From the NCBI RefSeq assembly GCF_002105155.1, contig NW_019029005.1, positions 372,001 through 436,000 on the forward strand: a DNA stretch of 64,000 nt. Direction: 5' to 3'. The notes under the pieces are model-generated. The model ran no database searches. It was not told the DNA's origin and saw nothing but the letters and a program-made list of their open reading frames with translations. This document shows, one piece after another, positions 25,262 to 41,354 of the stretch (its first letter is position 1; every line of letters starts with the position of its first letter). This stretch comes from Lobosporangium transversale (lineage: Eukaryota). The translations under genes and the position numbers were made by a program.

Positions 25262-26253
25262 TGGTAGTAGTTTACAAAGAGGATCGGAAATGAGATAGAG
25301 TAAAAAAAGAAAAAATAAAGAGGAATCATTACTTTATTTATACTTCCTGAGCAACTAACGGACTGAGAGAGTCTTCGCCATTAAGTCGTCGACAAATATA
25401 TTTTGAAAAATGTTTTTTTTCTAGATAACGTCTTTTTCTTTGCTGACTTCATTTTAGACTTTTGGGATTACTTTACTGAGCCATCAGTTACTCTTTCTTA
25501 ACGGTTCCACCAAATAAAAGTCGAAAATTTGCCACCGGCCTTTCCCTTTCTAATGGTTTCACAAGCTTCGCCAAATCTTAACTTTTTGCAATGCACCTCC
25601 TGTTTCGAAACTTTCAATGTTACAATTTAAAACAATTTCCCGGTAGGATTTCTATCACTGTGCTTCTTCTTTTTTGAAGCGTCATTCTTTTGAAGTTTCA
25701 GCCATTACAAATACTTTCCTTATGAATGAAGCTTTGATGTCATATCATGGAGCTACGTGTTTCTATATTAGACTCGATATCGATAGCCAATCTTAACCAG
25801 CTTCAAGTAATAGTACCGTGCTGAAAAACCCCTCTTATCCAAATCCGAGCTCCAAAATAGAGACTTACGGCCTTATGTGATGGTTTGCAAGGGCACGATT
25901 AAGGGGCCCTGGCTCCATGGTCGCGCCCGTATCTTGGATATTGTGATCTGACGTGTCAAACTAACTGGATAAAAAATAAAAAATAAAATAAAAATAAAAA
26001 AAAAAAAAAAAAAAGCTGTAAAGATAGATATGTCGTCCTGAGGATCCTAACTGAGAGACAGGCTGTAGTTACTTTGAATTATCACTAGAAATAAAGATGT
26101 GCATCTATTAAGCTCAAAAAAAGACGCGACGCTATCAAAGTTCTTCGCAACTGTCTTGGAAGTACGTTTTGATATGTTGCTTAAATTATAATATTGTTTA
26201 TTTTATTTTATTTTTGTAGTCTACTTATTGCTTTCTATCAAAAAGTACACCTA

Positions 26254-27397
26254 CTAAGAGTTAGATATGATGGTTACGTCGGATGCAGCGTTGGATGGAC
26301 TCGGACTAGAAGATCCTTGAGACGATAAGAAATATGAACTAGGTGATCTTTGAGTTGCATGCATTTCATTAGTAGGGAAGTCATTCCATTGGCTACTGTA
26401 TTGATTGTTTGGGCTATAATGGCTGTATTGAGAGTTTGGTTGAAAGATGACTGGGCTTGCTATAGCGGCTGTGGGAATAAACACATTTGGGACGTAGCTT
26501 ACTGTTGCTGCTGTTGTAAGAGCAGGTCCAGAGACGGCAACCCCATCGGTGGTAGTAGCGTATATGGCTGATTGATGATGGTATCCGGGCGTGGTGGCTC
26601 CGACACTGTAGTAATGCGGGGATAAGGGGGTATTGTTGTTGCGTCATGTCTGACGGGAATAGGACTGTGCTGATTATTTAAAGTATGTACATGTACAGGT
26701 GTATAGTCGTGTACAAGACCCATAGCCACAGCGTCTTGAGGGTGACGCTCAACGATATGACTATTTTGAACTACCGCATGAGGATTTCGGCCGTAGGCAT
26801 GGGGTGGGGTCTGCTGATTCGGGTTTGTGCTCATGTCTGGTTTTTCACTTCCGCTTGCAAAGGCTTGAGCTCCATCTTTTGATTGTTCCTGCTGAGTCTT
26901 TAAGTCATGCAGTTGTCGATCGGATTTCCTCTTCATGTAGAGATAGACGATGCCCGCTAGAGCTACTACGAACAATGCACCAAATGTGCCTCCAAGGATG
27001 ACAACCATATTTACAGACCCTGATTGTGAAGGCAATACGGGCAGGAAGGGCTCTGCGGGGGACGACTTGGGCTGCCTCGGGGAAGGATGAGATGCATTTA
27101 CATAGTAGTCTGGTGGAGAATAGGACTTTGTCCACTGACGCTTAGTTAAGTCAAAGATCATCGGTGTGGCAGATACGGTATTGAGGCCATCGTAGCCGCC
27201 CCATGAGATAAATTGGTTGCCAATGATGATGCAGGCCGTATAGAGCCTTGGTGTCGGTGCAGACTTCTCCTGAGACCATATGGATGAAGTAACGTTCAAG
27301 ACGTACAGTGTACTCGTAAAGTTGGTAGGAGGGGTTGCAGTCATATTAGCTGGTATTCTACCTCCAAATATTACGACGATACGTCCATCTTCGCCTG

Positions 27398-27430
<33 letters not shown>

Positions 27431-28351
27431 TCATCAGAGTTTTGATTATATAAAAGGTAAAGACATGACACGTTATAGCTGCAGATACTTACTAGAGGCC
27501 ATGCAATGATCTGCTCTAGGCGTGGGAAGATCACCTTTCGTGTCCTAATCAAAGAAAATAAACGTGGCAAGATTAGATAAGATATTGAACTTGAGTGAAT
27601 AAGCAGACCGTTTGCAGATTGCTCAACTCACTTACAAAAGTAAGCCATCTACCCTCGTTTGTAGCCGTGCCTAAAGAGTACTCCGTGATGTATGCTTGTG
27701 GTTCCCATTTTACCTCTACTGTGAGTCCACCCAAATACATGATGGAGTTTCTATAAGCATTGTATACAGCACCTGAGAAGAACCGTGAAGTGAGAACATC
27801 AGGTGGGATAGGGGTATAGACGAACGCTTGGTTGCGAGGTGGTAGGTATAGAAGTTATTAGGTCCAGCAATGTAGACAGTGCCTGATTGAGGATCCAAGA
27901 CTGGGCGAATCGCTTGCATGGGTTCTATTCTGTCTGTGGCCATGACAGAGCGTTCCCACTTGTCTTGCTGGATATCATATGTATTAACTAGGAGCTCTTT
28001 GCTGGCATCCATAAAGAAAGTCGTCAAAGTCCGGTTGTCAGGGCTCCCTACGCCATTGTACAGATTATGGGAAGGGCCAGAAGAAAGAGGCTTCCAATGT
28101 GGCGTGTGAGCGTCCCAGGATACAGCCAGGTCTAGAGCAAATAGTTGGCCTATGGTCGGATCATCGTTATTGCCAGCCACGTGTTTACCTCCTTGAACAT
28201 AAAGATACTGCCCCGCACGCATGAAAGCCATCTCCTGGACAGGGGCTGGCACTTGTGCGTGCGAAAGAGCTGTTAAGGCATTAAAGAAAAGAATGACAGC
28301 AATAGGTGAGAATAAGAGTTGCATGGCAGTGTTTTTTCGTGAGGTTTGCAT
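26254..28351 (-). CDS. Kelch-repeat (beta-propeller) single-pass type I membrane protein 1
   Basis: Signal peptide. LYVQGG...LFALDLAVSW, IVVIFGG, PTPRLYTAC and FISWGGYDG Kelch-like motifs. TM VILGGTFGALFVVALAGIVYLYM followed by KRK. Pro/Gln/Ser-rich tail whose end is uncertain because of frameshifts. Confidence 0.82.
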
Positions 28352-29894
28352 GATTGTTTATCCTGCTTGTTTCTTGTGTGGGATTTTCAATGTTTTAGTT
28401 TGACAGGAACTGTGTTAAATCGCCCAAACTAATGCTGGCATGCAATGCAGGTGGAGAGAATGAATGAGAAGGTGAGATTCAAGAAGAATGGTGAAGGAGA
28501 GGAACAAGCAAAAAATAAAAAAATAAAAAAAGTAGTAGCAAACAATCAAACAAAGAAATAAACACCATGCATGTGCATAGAAAAACACATAATTGATGTC
28601 TACTCGCAAATGACTGATCAAAGACAATCAGGCACACATGAATCCGTTATCTTTCTAAGGGATTGAACTTTACATTGGACGCCGTCTGAAGAAAGGGTGA
28701 GCAATCTAATGAGCATACTTTCTTCCTCCCTTGCATTTCTCTTCGGAGCAGGAATTTGCCTACATGCCTCATTTCATTGGGCATCTGGAAGTTTAAAGCA
28801 TGTTTGCAACAACCATCCAGGCACAACTCGCATGTGGTGATGTATTTAGAATGGATAAATCAAACTCTTTGTTGCACAACGTACGATTTGTATACATGTT
28901 ATATATATAATTGTTTTTTATATTCTACAGTGAGCACCGAAAGGAGTCATATTCAAGGCACAAGATGAACGGCAATTCTAGGCAACGCGTTGTAGCCTAG
29001 TGAAAATATCAAAAAAAAAAAAAAAAAAAGACATGGCACAGCAATGGAGCAACATGAAATGTCTGGGTTCATTTGCACATTCAAAAAAAGGATTTCTTTT
29101 TTTTTTTTTTATAGGATGCAAGCACAAATAATAAACAGTTCATGATTGGAAGATTATGTTTGTACTGTTTATGCTGTTTATGCTGCTTATGCCATTGACA
29201 TGAATATGTCAACGCACTAGATAACGATTTTTTTTTTTTTTCCAGAAAAAAGTGACGCAAAGCCCGGTCAATGTCAACACATGCTTGCCCACATCATAGC
29301 CAACTTCCATCACCTTCTGGTACGATTGAAGACAAACCCTTTAATTAAAATAAGTAGGAAAGGCAACTGAGGGAGCTTTTTTATAAATATCACCATCTTA
29401 TGTCTGTGTCTGTTTTAAAGTTGCATGGTCCTGCCTTGTGCTAGTATCTTTTTTTGCCGAGAGTTTCATGGTGGCACTTTCGAAGTCGAGCTCGAAATAA
29501 CACCAGGGTGTCTCCTCTTTTCATCCAAACTGTTCAGTTATTTGTTCCTTCTTCCTCTCCTCTCCTCCCTAAACCCTTGATGTCTTTTGGCTGTTGTTGC
29601 TTACATATTTGAGCTCATTCTCCCATCATACCACTTTAACTACCCTCCTTCTCTCTCTCTCGATTTACATTTGGCTATTGTTTTCGTTTTCCCACTCTTT
29701 TCTCCTGCTTTCTTTCCTATTCTTGTACACTATCCTCTCTTCTTCCCTCTTCCCTTATAACCCAAACGAAAATCCCTATACCTCCACTGTTCATTATTAT
29801 TATTTTAACGCTCAGCCTGCTCTTGTCAATTCTGTCAGACGCAATCGTCCGACATTATACCTTTCTGGTATTTTAGACACTTTGCCTGACAACC

Positions 29895-31575
29895 ATGACC
29901 GATGTTTCAACTCGCTATTACGACTCTACTTTCAATGGCTTGATGGCCCAGATCGGCCTCAGCGTTGGCGTTAGCGTCGTTTGTCTTGCTTGCTTTGAAT
30001 ACAATCGTCGGAAAAAGACGCTCGACTATCTCTACTCACCTCGATGTCGTCTAAGTGTGTAAGCTATCCTTTTTGCGCTATTTTTTTTTTTTTCTTCTTC
30101 TATTTCTGTATTGTTTATCACTCCTATAACATTTAATCGCCAATCACACTTGTTTAGTGATCCATCTCCGCCAGTATCACGCAAACTTCTAGGTTGGATT
30201 ATACCGACAGTCAAGTTGAAGGAAGATTCTATATTAACAATGTTGGTCTGGACGCAGTCATGTATTTACGCTTCTTGCGGATGTGTTTTCATTTTTGTGT
30301 CTTCAATGGCATCGTTGCCGGCGGGATCTTACTCCCAATTCACTATTTTGCTGGTGGAACTCTAACAGAAGTCGCTCGGATGAGCATCACAAACGTGCCC
30401 CGGGACACTAACTTGTTTTGGGGCGCATGTCTTTTTGACGTACGTTATCAGTCTCAGCTGGATGTTTTTATTGTTCAAAAATTACTGGCAGTGGATGGAC
30501 CTTCGGCGGGAATACACATTACAACGAATTCGACATGGTGAGATTGCAGAACGGTCCATCTTTATTAGTCGGTTGCCTTCCAACCTTCGATCCGATGCAG
30601 CACTTAAGCAATATTTTGAGTCTCTTAAGATGGGACCCGTCGAATCTGCAACAGTTGTCAAGGATTGTGGTCGCCTCTCTCAAAAACTGGATCGGAGGGA
30701 CAGTGCACTCAACAGACTGGAAAAGGCGCATATTGATCTTGCTCGCTCTGTACTTGAAAATGTCAAATCAGGACATTTTCCCGAAGAAGCAGCAACAGTA
30801 ATAGTATCTGACAAATCTCATGCTACTTCATCTTCAACCACAGTGGATTACGCAACCCTGCAGCAACTTGTGCAAGATCTATACAAAGACAGGAAACACT
30901 ACAATAAAGTGCGAAAGTCGATTTCTGCGATAGAGCGTGCTCTGGCAACTAGGGGCAATAAGGACACCAGTATGGTTGCTGCAGACATAAACCAACCAAC
31001 TACTGCTAAACAAATACTTGAGACGACAGCCACCTCTGAGACAGTCGTAGCGCGTCATGACTTGGATACAATTGACATTGTAGTTCATCAGGAACCTGAA
31101 TCCATTGCGCCTTTCCGGACAGGACTGCAGGAACCAGAAACTAGTACCGTCATTACTACTGGTCGCTATAATGACCCTGGCAAAAACAGTATATGGCATA
31201 TTCTAGCATCCTTGCGTCGTCAAGATTTGGATGCCTTCCAACCGACCCGGACAGAGAAGCGCTTCAAGAGCGGGGAACGTGTGGACTCAATTGACTACTT
31301 TTTGAAGAAGTTTAACCGTCTGGATAGAAAAATCGAGGAGCTTCGGGATGGTTCTTTGAGATACAAATCAACTTCATTTGGTTTTGTCACGTTTAAGCAT
31401 CATCTATCCGCACAGCTGTGTGCGCAAACAAAATCGATTCGAGGCCTCAGGGGCTGAGTGTGCGCCTGGCAATGGAACCTAGGGATGTACTATGGAGTAA
31501 CCTAACTGTTAGCTTCCGAAATCGTTTTACCCGCACAGTGGCTGTCAACTTGAGCTCATGGTGAGTACTTCAGAT

Positions 31576-31608
<33 letters not shown>

Positions 31609-34600
31609 CATGTCTATGTCTGAATTCATTTAAAAGCGAAGAAGCTTTGTCAACTGACCACGCTGTTGCTTTTATGGCTTAGGGCTTTAATCATATTCTG
31701 GATTTTCCCTACATCATCTTTTCTGCTATTGATGTCATTGACTCAACTTTCGCAACGATTCAAATTCCTGGAGCCTATCCTTGAGGCCTCACCCTTGATA
31801 CAGTCCCTCATACAGAACGTCCTCCCAATCATCTTTGTCACCATTTTCCTTGCTCTTGCACCAGTTATCATCCTAGGTAATAAGGATAACAATGATGTGG
31901 AATAGAGCTCAGAGTCCAATGAGATGGATAGATAGCTACAATAGATATTAACTCGACCCATTTTTTTACCTTCATGACTTCCATCCTTCCTCGTTTTATT
32001 GATTTATTAATTTTTTTAGCCATATCCAAGCAAGAACTTCCCGTATCCCATTCAGAACTGGAGGGCAAAGTCTTACAGCGCTATTACCATTTCTTGATCT
32101 TCAATGTCCTTTTTGTGTTTATGATCGGGAGCGCGGTTGTCAAATCTATCATCAGTATCCTTCAGGAACCAACCAACATTTTTAAATTGTTAGCCGATCT
32201 CTTGCCTTCCGGATCAACAATTTTTCGTATTCTACATCATCTTCAATACTTGTACTCATTTTCTAGAGCTACTTCAAGTGTGGGCGCAGCTTGTGATCCA
32301 TATCTTTGTTACCGCAAAGAGACTAACAGGAACACCTCGATCCCTTCAGAGAGCCATCACCCCTTGGTGCTTTCAGTACTACTACTATTACCACAAAATA
32401 TCCTCGCCTTTGTAATCACACTCATATATTCGATTATTAGTCCACTGATCCTTTTGGCTGCCGTGTTCTTCTTTGGATTTGCACTCCTCATCTTCAAGTA
32501 TCAGCTTGCCTATTGCTATATTCGTCGATATGAAAACAGTGGGCGTTATTTCAGACACGTCTTCCAGTACACATCGGATGGTCTGATCATTTTCAACGTC
32601 ACCATGATCGGTGTTTTGTGGTTGAATGAGGCTGTGGTCGGTGGATTCCTCATTGTGGTCTTGCTCGGATTCACAATTTACTTCAAGATTGTTTGTGCAG
32701 ATTTATTCAGACAAGGACAAAATACTTGCCGTTGGATACAGGACTTCGGAACTTTGGGCCTGAACCAGATCCTACGGGTCCGGATACAGAACTAAGATCG
32801 AATATATTATCTACTTCTGTCGGGTCCACCTCAACAAGGTCCTGCGCTAGCAGCGCTGCTTCCACTTCCGGAAGAGGGGGGTTGAGAAAGCGTCATATTG
32901 GCGAAAACGCGCAGACTGCAGCTACTTCTGTCGCGTCATTGGGCAATTTGACATCAGAGGGGTTGGCAGACTTAGGCAGTAGCGATCCTGTTGGGAGCAG
33001 TTCTGGTAGCGGTGGTTCTGGTAGTAGCAATCTGGGTTTGAGCCAACCAAAGACATTTTCTCGATTACGTCCAGCTGCGGGTCAATCGGATCGATATGAA
33101 AACTGATGCACCGCGATTCGAATGATGATATTTTGGATGAGAGCCACCTGGAAGATATCGTAGATGAGCCTGCAAAAAGGAAAAGGAAACTATAGCGATA
33201 TCACGGGATACAAGCAAAGAGGGCAGAGATGATATTATTGATAAGGGTGATGATGATATATGCAGATGCAAGGCCTCAGTTAAATATGGATGACGATTTC
33301 TGTGATTATGATAACCATAGTGGAACTTTTGCTACTGGATACGAAGCAACAGCAACAGCCATTGAACTTACTAATGGCGGCTCAGGGCCCTCGGCTGAGG
33401 TGGCAACATCTAGACGAAACAAGAGAGCGACGTATGGCGATGGGTTTTTGGCCGACAATAACTATTTCTCCAAGACTGTTGGGCCGTCTCATTTCTTACA
33501 GGCCTGTACCGATCCAGCAGCTCACTTTGACCATTCTCCGTCCAAAATCATATATCAGGATCAGACATCAGAGTTTGAGACCTATATTCATCCAGCGCTG
33601 TTCAAGCCCTTGAACCGTAAGATGTGGTTACCTAGAAACCCGTTGTATGAGCATTGGGATCTGGATGACACGATGGAAATTGATTTTGCGCTCAACAGTT
33701 CAGCTACAGAGGGTAAACTCAAGCTTCGTGTGTATGAAGTTGATGGCATTGGTATTGCTCAAAGTCCTCGGTTTGATCTTCGTGTACTTTGTCATGACAC
33801 ATACGGACCCAACACAGGGGATTTGTCGGCTCCAACATCAGCCGTGGCGCCTTTAACATCTGCCTCTAATTGGGAAGGATGTCTAGGAAGCCCTTCAAAT
33901 CTCGAAGCCGCTCAGAACTCTGCTCTGCAGAAATCCGTTGCCTCAATCGAGGGAGATGCAATGCCAGAGGAATATGTTGAGGACCAGAACTATGGATGCA
34001 ACAAATATCATTCAATCGCAATACATTTCCTCCTCGCCGCAGACTTCCTCTCCATGCAGTCAACCTATATCGCTAATTGAGCACTCCAGTTATGTCGCCT
34101 CTATCGGTTCACAAGGCTTTACAGCAATCTCTAGATCAAGACGCATCTTCTCTTGCTAGCTTCCGTCCTCGTCGACGCATGACGATCCCAGTGGGACAAG
34201 CATCTGATAGTAGCAATGTCAGCCGGAAAGATGCCCTCACGCCGCTATCATCATCTGGAGTAGTGACAAGGCCTCGCGCTAGGACCCCTTTGCGCTCTTG
34301 TTCCCATGGCCCTTCCATAATTGAACAAAGTACTGATCAGGACCTAGCCAATAGTAATTCTTTGACATTCCACTTCCCGGGCGTCCGCTGCCTCCAGCAG
34401 CACCATTAATGCGTCGTCGCAGCACATTCTTTCCAGCCCAAAATCATTCAGGTTCTGGAGCTGGTACAGTTTCTGGAAGCTCAATTCACATCACACAACC
34501 TAAAAATGCGCGAGGCTTTTTGAATATGATTTTCGGTGGATTGAACCATGATGACGACAACGATGATGATGATGGCGATGGAAGGCCTACAGGAACAGAT

Positions 34601-34984
34601 AAGCCCCAGTTTGGATATGAGACAGGCGGTGCGTGGGTCAGTCGACGCCATAACCATACTGAAGAAGATGATACCGATGATGATGAAGATGAGGATGTAC
34701 CGAAAGCGTTGGGGAGTTCAAGTGCGAATGCAGCTGTAAGCGGTACTGGTGATGGAGATGGTAATAGCAAAGATGGTAGCGGTGGCGCTATTGAAACTGG
34801 ACCGGATCCCTTAGGACTAGAGGAATCCCAAAAGACGCCTTCACCTGCCGCGAACCTTGATCTGACAGAAACATTACCTGTCCCCAAGGTTAGGGACATA
34901 TCCAGGAGACGCTCCGAGGGTATTATGAAGCGGACCATGAGTTTTTGGCGCGACTCGGACAAGCCCGATAGATCTGGAGTATAA
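29895..34984 (+). CDS. CSC1/OSCA/TMEM63 (RSN1/PHM7-like) calcium-permeable mechanosensitive channel with long C-terminal tail
   Basis: YLYSPRCRL, VGLDAVMYLRFLRM, ERSIFISRLP, FGFVTFK, AMEPRDVLWSNL, IYSIISPLIL, FKYQLAYCY...YENSGRYF and ETYIHPALFKPLNRKMWLPRNP. Introns near 30059, 31562 and 31877. Many frameshifts. Confidence 0.9.
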
Positions 34985-34990
34985 TATATT

Positions 34991-35030
34991 CTTACTATCT
35001 TACTATCTTGCTATCTTAGTACCTTGCTAT
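34991..35030. repeat. Five imperfect copies of 8-nt CTT(A/G)CTAT directly after the CSC1 stop
   Basis: cttactat cttactat cttgctat cttagtac cttgctat. Confidence 0.75.
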
Positions 35031-35442
35031 CCCCTAACATATTATATAATACTTATAATAATAACGATGTCCTCATCGAACAAATGAGTGCACATTCGAC
35101 AAAATTCCCTACAATCCTATATAAAAACTCACAGGAACCATTTGCTTGTGAGCAGTTAGCAAATGATCCCTTCTTTTTGGAGCCGCCTCCCCAATAACTC
35201 GATGAGTGGGTGGAAGAACTTTAGGGCAAGGGAGGTTGAGCCATGACAGGGTCATACTCGTGTTAATATGAACAAATTTGTTTATTATGCCCATTATATG
35301 GTTACAAGAATGAAAATATGTTGACTAACAGAAAAAAAGCTTAAAGAGGCAGCCAAAAGCCTTTTTTTTTTTTTTTTTTTACGGATGAATGGAATGATTG
35401 AATAAATGAATGATGATGATAATAAAATGATATTAAATACAA

Positions 35443-36870
35443 TCATTTTGGAGGCGCTACGTATCCCAGGTCCTCTCCTACCGGGTGCAAAACCTGGGGA
35501 GCTCTAGCAGATTTGGAATCTGAAAAAGCGCTGCCAGAAGAGTCACGGATACTTTGTGGTCCTGAAAGACGGTTTGTGTTCTGCATACTGAGTCTTTGGT
35601 CTTTTGAGCTTTTAGGAGACATGTCATCGTATGGTGTTTTGTAAGGGTATGGAGAATTTGCAGACGAAGTTGATGCAGGGGGTGATAGCGGAGGTGCATA
35701 GCTGGATCTTTGAGAATATTGATCGTGGTATGCTAATTTCTCTTGTTGTTGAGCTGGAGAATATTGCGGCGAATATTGCTGCTGTTGAAACTGGAGGTGT
35801 TGTGGCGAATACTGCTGCTGTTCCTGGTACTGAGCCCTTGGTATTGTACAGGCGGCCACGGGATGACCTTTGCACCGATATCTGGTGGTGCTTCATAGCC
35901 TGCAGGTGGTGGTATTTTATACGGGTCCACAAAAGTTTGTGGACTATAAGCGTTCTCTTCGAGCGGCATACCAGCACCAGACAAAGGCCTCGCAGCTGCC
36001 GGGTCCATATAGCCAGCGAGAGGGTCCCAATAGCCAGACATTGTATTAGCGCCTCCTGGTAAAGGATGCTCTCCTGGCAACGGATGTCCATACATTGCTC
36101 CAGCGCCTGCTCCAGCTATTGCTCCTACTCCAGGTTCAACTGCATAGTATGGGTCTTGTCCTACTCCACCAAGGCCGTTTGTAGCTGCGAGATGATTTGA
36201 CGTTTGTACCATTGGCCCCATAGAATATCGATTATCTGGATAATGATGAGCCTCAGGCTCACTATCATCCACCATGTTTACGTTAGTGTAACGCTGCTGC
36301 TGACGGTTTCCTGTGCGAGGCCCTGCAATATAGCCAAGACCATCATCATAGTCGTCATTTGAAGATGAATGCTTTCCTCCACCTGCACCTCCGCTTCCTC
36401 CTACTTTGTCTCCATTAGACACTGGATCTTTCTTCGCAGCCCGTTTCTTGCGCCTTATTATGATGAAGGCAGCAATACATCCTATTAAGACCACCACCCC
36501 ACCTACAGCACCTCCGATGATAGGCCCTAGATTGGTTTTGTCATCCCATGGGTTGGATCTACGGAAGGGGACGCGGATGGGTCTGAAGTATAATTCTGAA
36601 CCCATTCATCACGAGCGACATTATAGACGATGGGGATATTATTGTGCATAGTGATGTCTCTTTTGTCTCCGCTTGAGCCACCCCAGGCAATAAACTGACC
36701 CTGTGGAAAGCACATGACATTCGAGTACGAGGAGTGCTGGCTGGTGAGCCGGCTTTCCATTGTCCAGTAGTAACATCCAGGATGTGAATATCTGAAAAGA
36801 AGGTCGTGTTGTCTAGTGAGCCTCCAAAGAGCACGATCTTTGACCCATCGTCAGCTGAAAATGTACGTCA

Positions 36871-36901
<31 letters not shown>

Positions 36902-38099
36902 TTAGGCATTGTTGTTGTTTGTGTTAGTTGTTGATATTGGCCTTAACATACAAATAAGGCTAAATAAATAAATAAAAAAAAGTGAAAGAGAAGGTGCAAA
37001 AGTTTCTTGCCGTTCAAACTTACAAGCTGCAACACAATGATCCAATCGACGTGGAATACTGCCTGAAGTTCTCTATTGTAGCACAAAGGGGGGCGAGGGA
37101 ACATGGGATGCATGCATGGGAACCATTGTTAGCATAATCTTTGCCCCATTTCGCGGGAAAAAAAATAGGGCGAAGAGATTTTTTTTTTTTTTTTTTTTTT
37201 TTGTTTGTTTGTGTTTGTTTACCATGGGTTGCCTCCAAGATTGGGATTTAGGATCATATTCACTCAACGATTGCAAACCAAGTCCATCTGGGTTTGAAGG
37301 CGGTGCTCGCGACCCTCCAAAGGTCAAGACGGTTTTTCGAACACTTGACCAGATAGCGGCCACATCCGTAAGGGATGCAGTCTGGGCCGCTTCACTCTGC
37401 AGCGAGACAATCGACCGGTTTGAAGGGTCAAAAACCATCAATGCATTGTAGATCCCACCAGTCCAGTAACCTCCAACGATATAGACTAGTCCTGTATCTG
37501 GATCTGACACTGCAGTATGACCCTCCAATGCTGTATATGGATTGCTGTTGATGTTGCGCTCACTGGGACAGATGACCATACTCTTGATTCCAGATCATAG
37601 GCGTTAAAGAAAGGCTGGGTTGCGGCACCTTGAAAGGCGCCTCCGATTAACAACAGATAACCTTGTTTCCCTCCACCAAGGCCTGCAGAATGCTGAGGTG
37701 CCACCCTTACCATTGCATGATGGGTGACCGAGGGTCCATCCGGGAGCATGGACCATGCGGGTGCGGATGTAGGCCAGGATTTGGACAAATCAAGTGACTG
37801 GAACTGAGAACTGTATGATTGAATCGAGAACCACCTTGGATATAAAGCGAATCACCACTCTGAGCAAAGGCCATGCGTCGACGACCAATTGGGCCTTCGC
37901 TCTGGGCCTCAGTAAGAGGGATGAAAGACAGAAAAGCTGAAAGCACAACAGTTATGGCGAGAAGGAAGAAGTAGGAGAAAGAGGGAGATGAGGAGTGGGT
38001 TGCTACGGCACTGTGGACGCGACAATGATAAGGGTGGCCATGACTATGGTGCCTCTGTGGTGGTGCAACAGAGTAGCAAGAAGCACAGCTCTCTTTCAT
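35443..38099 (-). CDS. Kelch-repeat single-pass type I membrane protein 2
   Basis: Hydrophobic N-terminal segment, then RRRMAFAQSGDSLYIQGG, YLLLIGG, LVYIVGG, VLTFGG, IVLFGG, PRTRMSC and FIAWGG. TM NLGPIIGGAVGGVVVLIGCIAAFIII followed by RRKKR. Tyr/Pro/Gln-rich tail. Start uncertain. Confidence 0.85.
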
Positions 38100-38342
38100 T
38101 CTTAAAGAGCAATATGTATATATGGTGGGAATGTCAAAATAAGAAAATGCAGCCTCGAGCAATAGCACTTCGATTATCTACTGTCTGCTGTTAAAGTTTA
38201 TGTTATAGAGTCATCGACTGGAATGCACAAAAAAAAAGGAATCGAGATGTAATGATGAGAAAGAAAGCAGGAGTAATGTAAAGAAGAAAGATGAGGGGTG
38301 AGAGAAGAAGAGAGAGGAAGAGCCACAGGGACCACTTGCTTT

Positions 38343-38377
<35 letters not shown>

Positions 38378-38886
38378 CCTCGCTGACCACACAGGGCAAG
38401 AATGCTCCTAGACTTAAAGTCGGTTGGCATGCTTGACCACTCTCGCCCCCATTTTCTCTCTTTTTTTTTTTTTTTTTTTTTTTTTGCCTCTTGCTCTGTT
38501 ACTCATGGATCTGCACAATGAAGCAGACAAGCAGACATGCAATGAAGGGCTTTGACGCAAAAAAACCCAAAAAATAAAAAGAAGGGTAGTCATGCAAAAC
38601 AAAAGCCGAACACGCGCCCTTGTAGCTTGTACACTTGTACTCTTGTACCCAAAATAGAATTCGTAGAATCTGTAAATCTGTGCCTGGCCATCTTTATTAT
38701 CCATGACGGCACTCCCACCACATCATATATATTTCTCGTTCTTTTTATATATATATTTATTATTACTTTACTCGTCTCTACATTAGGTGTTTGTACAATT
38801 AAAAAAAAAAAAAAAGAAAAAGAAAAAGAAAAAGAAAAAAAGTCTATATAAAGGTCTATAATGATCTATTCGATTTGCTTGTTTAT

Positions 38887-41354
<2,468 letters not shown>

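Noticed and set aside
34486..34962. Antisense ORFs opposite CSC1, Kelch-2, C2H2 and coiled-coil genes
   Set aside because: Shadow ORFs of low-complexity coding sequence with no motifs.
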